From positions 1 through 61,941 of the IMG/VR virus record IMGVR_UViG_3300033144_000144: 61,941 nt of DNA; one strand, given 5' to 3'. The notes beneath the pieces are model-generated. The model saw only the letters and a list, made by a program, of their open reading frames with translations, was not told the origin of the DNA and did not search any database. The translations under genes were made by a program, and so were the position numbers. Each line of letters starts with the position of its first letter. Position 1 is the first letter of the stretch. This stretch comes from a virus (taxonomy: Duplodnaviria > Caudoviricetes). Below are positions 1 to 7,740 of the stretch, piece by piece.

Positions 1-114
1 CCTCCTGAAAGTCTAATGTTTTGATCATCAATAACCTCAAGAACCCAATAAGCCTCTCCGTCTGTTGTATTATATACAATTGCTCCTGGATTAATTCCAG
101 CTGCCTCCAAACCT
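1..114. repeat. Terminal direct repeat, copy 1 (circular assembly overlap)
   Basis: 1-114 (cctcctgaaag...ccaaacct) is identical to 61828-61941 and lies inside a CDS. Confidence 0.95.
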
Positions 115-263
115 CCAGATGCTACAGTAGCTAAATCTGCTTTAGTGAAGTCACCTGTTTCGTTTGCAAGTGATAGTATTAATGAATTTGGATCAGGGAT
201 TCTAACTTCATCACTTGGGATGACAGCTAATGCCTGTGCGTAATTTAACTTTTGATATGCCAT
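1..263 (-). CDS. 5' part of a putative virion structural protein spanning the circular junction (continues 61827->61533)
   Basis: ATG at 263 reads MAYQKLNYAQALAVIPSDEVRIPDP...GGLEAAGINPG, in frame with ORF 61533..61937. Confidence 0.8.
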   Translation of the reverse strand, partial: MAYQKLNYAQALAVIPSDEVRIPDPNSLILSLANETGDFTKADLATVASGGLEAAGINPGAIVYNTTDGEAYWVLEVIDDQNIRLSG

Positions 264-269
264 TTTTAT

Positions 270-437
270 TTATTTATTATAAGGAAAGGCTCTGTTCAAG
301 CTATCTCTTCTCTTTCCACAACCACAGTCTTTACCAGTAGCTTTTGATACAGTATCAACTACTTTCTTTATTCCAGTTGCGGTAGTGAACTTCTCTATTG
401 AATCTCCTAACCCTCTTGATGTTTTAGTTCGTTTCAT
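270..437 (-). CDS. Small basic protein, 55 aa (RGLGDSIEK...CGCxKR motif)
   Basis: Hand translation MKRTKTSRGLGDSIEKFTTATGIKKVVDTVSKATGKDCGCGKRRDSLNRAFPYNK; below ORF-track cutoff. Confidence 0.7.
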   Translation of the reverse strand: MKRTKTSRGLGDSIEKFTTATGIKKVVDTVSKATGKDCGCGKRRDSLNRAFPYNK

Positions 438-574
438 TTTTTACAAGTACATAATTTATTAGGACAAGAATCTACACTGAACATTAACTTTCCAATAAGC
501 CAATTCCATCCACATTGAAACTTGCACCATACGGATTGCATCCACAATCCTATTTTAACAAATAGTTTTCCCAT
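434..574 (-). CDS. Small Cys/Trp-rich protein, 46 aa
   Basis: Hand translation begins MGKLFVKIGLWMQSVWCKFQCGWN and ends SCPNKLCTCKK; ATGA overlap with next gene. Confidence 0.6.
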   Translation of the reverse strand: MGKLFVKIGLWMQSVWCKFQCGWNWLIGKLMFSVDSCPNKLCTCKK

Positions 575-578
575 AATT

Positions 579-779
579 TTATCTTTTATATCCTTTAACA
601 GAGCCTTTCTTATTTCTACATCCCTTGCCGCTCTTGAGACTTCTTGAACAAATGTTTGCTAACTTTTGTCCAACTCTTGCTCCTTTATTAGCTCTTCTTT
701 TTGCTTTACGCATTGCTCGTCTTCCGTATCCTCCTCCTGAAGGTGTGGCTGCTAAAGGGATTGACTCTCTAAACTCCAT
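579..779 (-). CDS. Small Lys/Arg-rich protein
   Basis: ORF 579..815; more plausible start MEFRES at 779 just after upstream stop. Confidence 0.6.
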   Translation of the reverse strand: MEFRESIPLAATPSGGGYGRRAMRKAKRRANKGARVGQKLANICSRSLKSGKGCRNKKGSVKGYKR

Positions 780-780
780 A

Positions 781-987
781 TTATTTTTTTGTTTTACAAC
801 CAAAGTTGTTGGCATAGTTCGCCATTTTAACTACTCTATCAGAATACTTGTCAGTCTTTTTCATAACAGCAGAAGCTGCACTACAAGCATCTTTGAATCC
901 ATTAGACTTAGCCCACTTAGTAAAATCACCCTGGCGAGACTTTTTAATCTCAGGAAACTTTTGTTTTGTTTTTCCTTTGTAAGCCAT
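781..987 (-). CDS. Small basic hypothetical protein
   Basis: 68-aa ORF with tight operon packing. Confidence 0.7.
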   Translation of the reverse strand: MAYKGKTKQKFPEIKKSRQGDFTKWAKSNGFKDACSAASAVMKKTDKYSDRVVKMANYANNFGCKTKK

Positions 988-1205
988 TACTTTCTAATTG
1001 CAGATCCGATCTTTTTCTTCACATTATTAATGCACTCGTAAGACATATTGTGATCTCCACCATATGCATGACCGTAATCTTTTTTAGACATTGCTTTAGA
1101 CTCATCTCTTCTTGCTTTGAAAGACTGAGACTTCTTTCCGTTCTTAGCTCCCAAAGACTCATCAAGTCTTGAGTTGTAACCTTGCTTTTTAGATTTTTTA
1201 TACAT
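987..1205 (-). CDS. Small basic hypothetical protein (QGYNSRLDESLG motif)
   Basis: 72-aa ORF downstream of -7 element at 1229-1236. Confidence 0.7.
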   Translation of the reverse strand: MYKKSKKQGYNSRLDESLGAKNGKKSQSFKARRDESKAMSKKDYGHAYGGDHNMSYECINNVKKKIGSAIRK

Positions 1206-1228
1206 GATAATTAATTTTTAATATTTCA

Positions 1229-1236
1229 CAAAGATA
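1229..1236 (-). promoter_or_regulatory. Bacteroidota -7 promoter element TATCTTTG
   Basis: CAAAGATA on + strand, intergenic, ~24 nt before ATG 1205. Confidence 0.7.
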
Positions 1237-1251
1237 ATAATATTTTAAAGA

Positions 1252-1920
1252 CTATCCCCAGGTCTGATCCCAGCGTCTTAGCCCAGCTCTTTCTAATGCT
1301 TTAGCTCTGTTCTTCTTTCTTCTTTTGTTACCTCTTTTGTATCTACTCTCAGCCATATCCTCCCTCATGTTTGCTCTCTTGATTCTTCTTTCAGATGCTT
1401 TGTTAACCATCTTCATTCTTTTAGCACCCCTATCTTTAATCCTGTTTTCTGTCTTAGCTGCTCTACTTGCTGCTTTATCCATAGTCTTCATAGACTTACC
1501 AGCAACCTTCTTTTGTTTATCAGCTAACTTTTGCTTTCTTTTTTCAGAAGAGGTTTTGTTAATTTTGCTTTGAATCTTATCGTATTTAGCAATTGCTTTT
1601 GAAGCAGCATTACCAGCTTTCTTTTCAAAACGAGATTTACTCTTTTCAAGTTTAGCAGCCTGAGATTTTTTGTTTGCCCTATTCTTTTCTATATTCTTAT
1701 TAGCAGCCTTTACCCTTCTTGAAACAGCATCTCCTTTTGATTTAATGTTTCTTTTATCAGCGGCAATCTGTTTATTAGTTCTGTTCTTTCTAATTTTAGA
1801 TTGTCTTCTTGCAATCTTCTCATCTCTAACAGGATCTAAACTGGATGGTCTTTTAGCCCTAACTCTTTTGTGTTTTGAGTCTGGGCCAATATACTTCTTC
1901 CTTTTCTTATCTTCAGGCAT
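1252..1920 (-). CDS. Extremely Lys/Arg/Ala-rich protein (histone H1/protamine-like composition)
   Basis: ORF 1252..1959; likely start MPEDKK at 1920 downstream of promoter 1949-1956. Confidence 0.7.
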   Translation of the reverse strand: MPEDKKRKKYIGPDSKHKRVRAKRPSSLDPVRDEKIARRQSKIRKNRTNKQIAADKRNIKSKGDAVSRRVKAANKNIEKNRANKKSQAAKLEKSKSRFEKKAGNAASKAIAKYDKIQSKINKTSSEKRKQKLADKQKKVAGKSMKTMDKAASRAAKTENRIKDRGAKRMKMVNKASERRIKRANMREDMAESRYKRGNKRRKKNRAKALERAGLRRWDQTWG

Positions 1921-1948
1921 ATCTTTTAATTTTGTACTTTCGTATCCA

Positions 1949-1956
1949 CAAAGATA
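1949..1956 (-). promoter_or_regulatory. Bacteroidota -7 element TATCTTTG
   Basis: CAAAGATA at 1949-1956. Confidence 0.65.
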
Positions 1957-1969
1957 CAAATTAAATTTA

Positions 1970-2440
1970 ATGCAAAATATAGTACGAAAGAACTACGATA
2001 GAGTTCAGCCCTCCCATGATTATATGAAGTATTGGAGGGTGATAAGGTATTGGGCTAAAGCCAAATACAAGGTCGGAACTCCAGACATTGATATGCTATT
2101 TTTTCTATATAGCGAACAGATATTCAATAAGACAAAGTTTAAAGAATTCGAAGAATGCATGTCTTGGGATGAACCCAGATTCCATAGGCTTCTAAAAGAA
2201 GGATGGATACATATATGGAGAAAGAGAAACGGTAGCGAAGCTACCTTGTACGAATTATCCTACAAAGGAAAGAGACTTGTCAATACTTTATATAAGAAAC
2301 TTAATGGAGAAGAAATAGGGGAGAACCCAAGAGTTAACCCCCTATTTAGAAATGATGCATCTTATATGGATAAGATATATCGGAATATGATTATAGAGAT
2401 GAATCAGTTTATAAAACAACAACGACATCTCTCTCAGTGA
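1970..2440 (+). CDS. Putative winged-helix DNA-binding protein
   Basis: Likely start MQNIVRK at 1970; FHRLLKEGWIHIWRKR...LYELSYKGK resembles a MarR-type wHTH wing. Confidence 0.55.
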   Translation: MQNIVRKNYDRVQPSHDYMKYWRVIRYWAKAKYKVGTPDIDMLFFLYSEQIFNKTKFKEFEECMSWDEPRFHRLLKEGWIHIWRKRNGSEATLYELSYKGKRLVNTLYKKLNGEEIGENPRVNPLFRNDASYMDKIYRNMIIEMNQFIKQQRHLSQ

Positions 2441-2666
2441 TAACCATATAAGGATTATCCTCGATCAACATCTCGTGTCCAGATGATTTATCATAATAGA
2501 TAATATCACCTTCGTTTATAACACTCACATCTGTACCTGACTTAATTACCTCACCCTTACGATATCTAAAGTCCGATGCGTCTTGTGCTGAAAGCAAAAG
2601 ACCTGATTCGGTTTTTAGTTCTTCTTTAATGGTTTTGATAATAATGTATTTACCTATTGGTTTCAT
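2409..2666 (-). CDS. groES: Co-chaperonin GroES
   Basis: MKPIGKYIII...TESGLLL...GEVIKSG...GDIIYY...ERDVV; ATGA-coupled to GroEL. Confidence 0.92.
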   Translation of the reverse strand: MKPIGKYIIIKTIKEELKTESGLLLSAQDASDFRYRKGEVIKSGTDVSVINEGDIIYYDKSSGHEMLIEDNPYMVITERDVVVVL

Positions 2667-4321
2667 CTTTCAGCTCTTTTATGTGTAACGATTGCATTAG
2701 TAGTTAAGATAGTTGTGGCTACACTAATAGCATTCATCAATGCGTTCTTAGTTACTTTGGCTGGATCTACAATCCCCATCTCAATCATATCTCCATACTC
2801 TTGTTTAAACACATCGTATCCTTTTGTATTGAATGCTGGGTATGGTGCATTTTCGAAATCACCAAAAGCTCTCTCATCATATATCTCTTTCAATACTTCA
2901 TCTTCATCTAATCCAGCGTTCTTAAGTATTTGTTGAAGTGGTGCTTTAAGTGCTTCTCGAATAATCATTTCAGTAGCCTGGTCTTCTGCAATAGTTTCAT
3001 CTGTTGCATCTTCACAATTACAACCGAAGTGACGGTGTATATCATATAAGAATAATCCGCCTCCAGGCAGAATGCCTTCTTGTAGTGCGGAACGCACTGC
3101 ACACACCGAGTCATCGACTCGGTCAAATTTTTCTTTTTGCTCTATATCTGAGTTAGCTCCAACATATATACAACCAATACCTCCAGCCAAACTCGCAATC
3201 CTTTCGTTGATAAACTCTTTCTCATGTTTAGCTGTGGTATTATCTTGTTGAACTTTTAGTTCTGCAATTCTATTAGTTATCTCTTCTGACTGATCTCCAT
3301 CTTTTATAATTACTGTATTTGTTTTACCTACAATAATCTTATCTGCAAAACCTAAATCGTCTGCTGTGATTAAAGATAAATCATCTCCAGTCTTTTCAGA
3401 AAAGTATTTAGCCCCAATAGCTAAAGCAATATCTTGCATAAGCTCGTGAGTCTTATATCCAAATGAAGGCGGTAGTATATTACAGAACTTCAAACCATTA
3501 CGAGCAACATTAGCTGCCAGTGTATTAATTACATTACCAGAACATGTTCCTATGATAAGTAACTTTTCTCCAGCATTGATAATTGGTTTTAGAATATTTT
3601 CGATTTGAAGGATATTGTTAATCTCAGTATCACATACTAATACTCTAACACCCTCCATGATACACTCATCTTTTCTCTGGTCATTAATAAACAATGGTGA
3701 AGTATAACCTCTATCGATTCGAATACCGTTGGTAACTTCAGAGTAAGTTTCATCTGTTTGAGATCTTTCAACTGTTACTATTCCATCTTGACCAACTTGC
3801 TTATATGCATCAGCAATAATTTTACCTAAATCAAAATCATTGTTAGCAGAGATAGAAGCAATGTGATATAACATATCATCGGTAACCTCAACTGAGCGTT
3901 CTTTAATCTTTTTAAGAATAATTTCAGAGTCATACTTAATTCCATTAATTACCTCCCACACATTGTGATGAGGTTGTATCCATTTTAGTCCAGCCTTTAC
4001 AAAAGCCTCAGCTAATACAATAGCAGTAGTTGTTCCATCTCCAGCTACATTAGCTGTTTTCTCAGATGCTTGTTTAATCATTCTAACCGCAAGGTTCTCA
4101 ATTGGATCATCGAGATGAATTGACTTAGCTACAGTAACTCCATCTTTGGTAACTGTTAATCCTTGTAAATGGTCTGGTGATTCTACCAACACTGTTTTAC
4201 CTCGTGGCCCAAGTGTTGATTTAACTGCTTTAGAGATTTTAGTTATTCCGCTGATTAACTTCTCTCTTGCCTCCTTATCAAAAGTAAGGTCTTTTGGAAT
4301 GTATCCTTGTTCTGCATTCAT
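2663..4321 (-). CDS. groEL: Chaperonin GroEL
   Basis: TLGPRG, VTKDGVTVAK, AGDGTTT, DRGYTSPLFI, EGILPGGG, GIVDPAKVT motifs. Confidence 0.97.
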   Translation of the reverse strand: MNAEQGYIPKDLTFDKEAREKLISGITKISKAVKSTLGPRGKTVLVESPDHLQGLTVTKDGVTVAKSIHLDDPIENLAVRMIKQASEKTANVAGDGTTTAIVLAEAFVKAGLKWIQPHHNVWEVINGIKYDSEIILKKIKERSVEVTDDMLYHIASISANNDFDLGKIIADAYKQVGQDGIVTVERSQTDETYSEVTNGIRIDRGYTSPLFINDQRKDECIMEGVRVLVCDTEINNILQIENILKPIINAGEKLLIIGTCSGNVINTLAANVARNGLKFCNILPPSFGYKTHELMQDIALAIGAKYFSEKTGDDLSLITADDLGFADKIIVGKTNTVIIKDGDQSEEITNRIAELKVQQDNTTAKHEKEFINERIASLAGGIGCIYVGANSDIEQKEKFDRVDDSVCAVRSALQEGILPGGGLFLYDIHRHFGCNCEDATDETIAEDQATEMIIREALKAPLQQILKNAGLDEDEVLKEIYDERAFGDFENAPYPAFNTKGYDVFKQEYGDMIEMGIVDPAKVTKNALMNAISVATTILTTNAIVTHKRAER

Positions 4322-4353
4322 AAGAAATATATTTAATTTAAATTAATTATGGG

Positions 4354-4361
4354 CAAAGATA
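4354..4361 (-). promoter_or_regulatory. -7 element of groEL-groES promoter
   Basis: CAAAGATA on + strand. Confidence 0.7.
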
Positions 4362-4375
4362 CTAAAAAAATATTT

Positions 4376-4479
4376 GTGTCAATGTGTCAATGTTTTTTTA
4401 TTTATAGACTATATATATTCTATTACTATATATTATTTTTTTATTTATAAAATATTAGATTTCGTTGACACTTCGACAC
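4376..4479. repeat. Origin-like element copy A: tandem GTGTC(A/G)A arms in inverted orientation around an AT-rich core
   Basis: GTGTCAAtGTGTCAA-N12-TATAGACTA...TTGACACtTCGACAC; second copy at 13840-13942. Confidence 0.7.
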
Positions 4480-4550
4480 TAATTAATATAAGTAACTATA
4501 AATGAGTAACTTACAAAGTGTCAATAAAAACAGGGCTTAACACTGTATAT

Positions 4551-4584
4551 AAAAAAAAGAGGCTACCTCTCAGTAAACCTCTCT
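4551..4584 (-). terminator. Possible intrinsic terminator
   Basis: AGAGG...CCTCT stem next to an A-run (U-tail on - strand), after ORF 4609..4809. Confidence 0.5.
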
Positions 4585-4608
4585 TACAACAGAACAAATG
4601 GGATTTCT

Positions 4609-4809
4609 TTAGAACTTAAATATCTTCTTATGTTCTTTACGCATCTCAGCTCTTTCAATACCGTCAGCGATTTTATCTATTTCATATTGCTTCTTCATTT
4701 GATTTCTATACATCGAAGCCTCTTGGATTCCAGTCATACCAACTGGGCGATCATTAATTAATCTTCCGTTCTTAATTCTTAATCCGTCCATGTCTGCGTA
4801 CTTTTTCAT
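4609..4809 (-). CDS. Hypothetical protein
   Basis: 66-aa ORF with -7 element at 4825-4832 and a downstream terminator. Confidence 0.7.
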   Translation of the reverse strand: MKKYADMDGLRIKNGRLINDRPVGMTGIQEASMYRNQMKKQYEIDKIADGIERAEMRKEHKKIFKF

Positions 4810-4944
4810 ATCGTTTATTTTTTACAAAGATATAAAAATTTTTTAGATGTCTGGGGGCTGAGGGTTATATGTCATCATACATTGCGTTGTGCGTTTAGAA
4901 AACAAAAAAAAATTTGCACCCCCCCCTAACCAAATCGGTTCACC

Positions 4945-5086
4945 TTGTCCAAATGTTTTGGCTTTTTTTCCAGCTGGGCTGGATGGCTACCTCTGTCCAG
5001 TTAGATAGGTGTACCAGTTACCCTTGTCCAGTTGTCGTTGTCCAGTTAAGTTGTCCAGTTAAGCTACCTTCCCCCATCTGACCAGT
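4945..5086 (+). repeat. Iteron-like direct repeats (T/C)TGTCCAGTT
   Basis: Copies at 4993, 5024, 5038, 5051; variants at 4945, 5011, 5078; in the non-coding gap between divergent arms. Confidence 0.8.
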
Positions 5087-5258
5087 AAGGATAAGACAAA
5101 TGCTCACTTTGAATAGACAAAGAGAGATGTCTTATAACCCCTGACCGAGAGCCATAATGCGTAAACAAAACAAAAAAGTTATCAACAATCTAACTGACTG
5201 ATAATCACTGACATTACATATTGAATTTGTATGGGACAATGTATTCAACAAGTATTTG

Positions 5259-5290
5259 TTTGTCTATGTCATAGAATTAGACTATCTTTA
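5259..5290 (+). promoter_or_regulatory. Early promoter TTTG-N20-TATCTTTA
   Basis: Near-consensus Bacteroidota -33/-7 ahead of first early ORF. Confidence 0.65.
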
Positions 5291-5325
5291 CACTGAATTT
5301 AAACATTAAACAAACACAAATTATT

Positions 5326-5583
5326 ATGAAAAATTACGAAAAAGCATTCGAAGAATTGAGAAAATTGAACATAGCTGTCCAGCGTAACTGGGGCGATGAC
5401 AAGGTACACGAAGACAGAGGTTACTTCTGGATATGGTGCGAAGGCATCACTGATGAAACCAGTTATCACATCGACTACTGGAACAGATTCGAAGGTAGCG
5501 AAAAGGTTCAGTCGATACTGGAGAAGCACGACCTATATTTCGAATGGGAGAATAGTGCAGTAGCATCAATCTACGATGCATAA
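5326..5583 (+). CDS. Early hypothetical protein (FEWEN motif)
   Basis: 85-aa ORF with AU-rich leader. Confidence 0.8.
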   Translation: MKNYEKAFEELRKLNIAVQRNWGDDKVHEDRGYFWIWCEGITDETSYHIDYWNRFEGSEKVQSILEKHDLYFEWENSAVASIYDA

Positions 5584-5584
5584 A

Positions 5585-5638
5585 GGCAATCTGATGAGAC
5601 CTGAATGGTCGAAACTGGAGGAGACTCCAGTCATTGTC
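5585..5638 (+). ncRNA. Hammerhead ribozyme type I (HH1), predicted cleavage after C5632
   Basis: Stem I GGCAAT/ATTGTC; CTGATGA; stem II GACC-TGAAT-GGTC; GAAA; stem III CTGGAG-GAGA-CTCCAG; GTC triplet. Confidence 0.93.
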
Positions 5639-5662
5639 AAACAAAATTTAAACGAAATTATT

Positions 5663-5899
5663 ATGAATTTAATTGCAAAAAATCCCAAGCATCAAACGAT
5701 GGTTAACCGATGTGTTAACTGGTTAAAAAAGTACAATGAGTACAACACACAAAGAGACATTGCTGATGGCAATGGAGATGAAAAGCAGTATGCTAAATGG
5801 GACAAGAAATGCATCAAAGCATTCGATATGTACCTTGAGTACCTATCTGAATTACCGAAGAGAGAGGTAACTCAAATCGAGAAATCAGAATTATATTAA
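5663..5899 (+). CDS. Early hypothetical protein
   Basis: ORF 5576..5899; likely start MNLIAK at 5663 because the upstream portion is HH1. Confidence 0.7.
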   Translation: MNLIAKNPKHQTMVNRCVNWLKKYNEYNTQRDIADGNGDEKQYAKWDKKCIKAFDMYLEYLSELPKREVTQIEKSELY

Positions 5900-5919
5900 T
5901 CACTAAAAATCACACAGAA

Positions 5920-6492
5920 ATGAACACACAAAATTTGAATTTAATCGCAACTCAGCTGAAGGTAACTCAGCTGGTGAACCAGTACCACAAAGTGTACAAA
6001 GCTACACTGGAGAAGAATCTGAACGATAAACCAATCAAGAACGATGGCTGGGATTCTATGCAAGAGAGAGAAGAACAAGTATCTTACAAGTTAGGTAACA
6101 AGTTTTATCCGAAGTTAAGAATGATACTGGAAGAGGTAGGTATCTCAAATGATATGGCTACCACCATCGGACATCTGTTACTGGACGAGCCAAGTAAGGA
6201 ACACTGGACAATAATCAAGTCTTTCTTTGAGCCAATTGAATTCATCAGTGAGGATGAAATCAATAGATCTATAGAAAAGCATAATGGGTACACTAACATT
6301 GAGACCTACAGACTATGTCTGATACTGGATAACATTGTTATGAAACATAATGCTATGCACTACTTTTTCGAGTACCTCCAGCAAGGAGAATTCACTGAAA
6401 AAGACTACCATAAAATTAACTGGAACGAGGTTAATGAGAGGTATTTAGAACAACATATGGATATTAACTATGATAACATCCTGAATCGATAA
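5920..6492 (+). CDS. Early hypothetical protein
   Basis: 190-aa ORF. Confidence 0.75.
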   Translation: MNTQNLNLIATQLKVTQLVNQYHKVYKATLEKNLNDKPIKNDGWDSMQEREEQVSYKLGNKFYPKLRMILEEVGISNDMATTIGHLLLDEPSKEHWTIIKSFFEPIEFISEDEINRSIEKHNGYTNIETYRLCLILDNIVMKHNAMHYFFEYLQQGEFTEKDYHKINWNEVNERYLEQHMDINYDNILNR

Positions 6493-6555
6493 ATACTCTG
6501 ATGAGCAACACTGGAAGGTGGCGAAACTTCCCCAGTCAGCTGGGGGAGTCAGTAT
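6493..6555 (+). ncRNA. Hammerhead ribozyme type I (HH2), predicted cleavage after C6550
   Basis: ATACT/AGTAT; CTGATGA; stem II GC[AA]CACT-GGAA-GGTGGC; GAAA; stem III CTTCCCCAG-TCAG-CTGGGGGAG; GTC. Confidence 0.9.
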
Positions 6556-6573
6556 AAACTAAATAATATAAAA

Positions 6574-7011
6574 ATGGGATACAACACAGACTGGAATGGG
6601 TACTTGGAGACAAGTCGACCATTCACCGAAAGCGAGATTAATCAGTGGACAGAGATGGCTGAAACAAGGCACGATAGCGAGTACCATTATGGTAACTCAC
6701 AAAGGGAATACCCATCAATATGGTGCGACTTTGAAATCAGTAATCAGGAAGGTACTGGAGTCTTCCAGTGGAACGGAAGTGAAAAAACCTATGAAGGTTT
6801 AGGATGGATTAAATACTTCCTTAACTGGACAATGAAACTTGATGAACCAATGGTGGTGAAAGGTAGGTTTGATTGGGAAGGTGAAGAAGAAGGTGATGAA
6901 GGAGTAGTTATAGTAGAACGCAAAGATAGAGACTACATCATCCATATTGGTGAGGTAGAAAAACATTACCACAAAGTGATGAAGGCACATACTCTGATGA
7001 GACTTAAGTAG
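6574..7011 (+). CDS. Early hypothetical protein (MGYxTDW...WNGxEKxY...GEEExD)
   Basis: 145-aa ORF bracketed by HH2 and HH3. Confidence 0.8.
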   Translation: MGYNTDWNGYLETSRPFTESEINQWTEMAETRHDSEYHYGNSQREYPSIWCDFEISNQEGTGVFQWNGSEKTYEGLGWIKYFLNWTMKLDEPMVVKGRFDWEGEEEGDEGVVIVERKDRDYIIHIGEVEKHYHKVMKAHTLMRLK

Positions 7012-7043
7012 TCGAAACTACTCCAGCTGGAGTAGTCAGTATG
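6988..7043 (+). ncRNA. Hammerhead ribozyme type I (HH3), predicted cleavage after C7037
   Basis: CATACT/AGTATG; CTGATGA; GACT-TAAGT-AGTC; GAAA; CTACTCC-AGCT-GGAGTAG; GTC; overlaps last codons of 6574..7011. Confidence 0.93.
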
Positions 7044-7064
7044 AATTTAAATAATAACACACAA

Positions 7065-7553
7065 ATGAAAAAGTACATTGTAATAGATACTTGGAATGGT
7101 GAAGGTTACTCCGACCAAAATGGAGTAGATACCAAGCAGTTTCAGTATAAAAAGTCAGCATTTAAATATGCTTATGACAGAACCTTAAGTAATGCTGATG
7201 GAGATGCAGATTTAGTTTGCAGATATTCAGATGAAGAATCTGATAGTGAACACTGGTCACCAGTTAAAAGAGATGCTGATGGAGATGGATTCTATTGGGA
7301 TACCTATGATGATAATTCAGGTAGCTATCAAGTTTATGAGATTAAAGATGCATATGCAGTTATGATACTATGCAACACAAACGAAGTTTATATGCTTACT
7401 GAAGATGAGTACATCGACAGAAAAAATGAATTGTATGAAGATTATGCTTCAGCTGAATATACAGATGAAATATATGAAGAAGAAAATGGTGATTCTTTTT
7501 ATCCAGCAATAGATGATTATGACTACCAATTTAGATTAATTAAAAACCTATAA
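7065..7553 (+). CDS. Acidic early hypothetical protein
   Basis: ORF 7041..7553; start 7065 (MKKYIV) or 7041. Confidence 0.75.
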   Translation: MKKYIVIDTWNGEGYSDQNGVDTKQFQYKKSAFKYAYDRTLSNADGDADLVCRYSDEESDSEHWSPVKRDADGDGFYWDTYDDNSGSYQVYEIKDAYAVMILCNTNEVYMLTEDEYIDRKNELYEDYASAEYTDEIYEEENGDSFYPAIDDYDYQFRLIKNL

Positions 7554-7555
7554 AA

Positions 7556-7738
7556 ATGAAAAAGACAATAATAATATTCTCTGCAATAATCACATTGAGT
7601 AGTTGTGGAATGATGAACAAGTTATCTGATGAGCAATTACATCAAAGAAATAAAATTGATTATGAGATGTCAAAACTTTGGAATGAATACCAAGTAAAGA
7701 ACGACTCTTTACTAATTGAATACTATAAAATTAAATAG
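7556..7738 (+). CDS. Small lipoprotein
   Basis: MKKTIIIFSAIITLSS-C signal peptide II/lipobox. Confidence 0.75.
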   Translation: MKKTIIIFSAIITLSSCGMMNKLSDEQLHQRNKIDYEMSKLWNEYQVKNDSLLIEYYKIK

Positions 7739-7740
7739 AT

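Noticed and set aside
1-114. 114-bp repeat as a biological terminal repeat
   Set aside because: It falls mid-gene with the frame continuing across the junction, which fits assembler overlap
625-1969. + strand hydrophobic ORFs (625, 966, 1325, 5' part of 1670)
   Set aside because: Antisense shadows of Lys/Arg-rich - strand genes; the same applies to most short antisense ORFs in the track
4945-5086. CRISPR array
   Set aside because: Repeats are ~10 bp with irregular short spacing and there are no cas genes
5450-5465. CTGATGAAAC as a hammerhead core
   Set aside because: No room for stem II; lies in coding sequence
5576-5662. N-terminal extension of ORF 5576..5899
   Set aside because: It is HH1 plus an AU-rich leader; ATG 5663 fits the pattern of the other cassettes
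7626-7660. CTGATGAG as a fifth hammerhead
   Set aside because: Inside the lipoprotein CDS; no stem II, GAAAC and stem III arrangement
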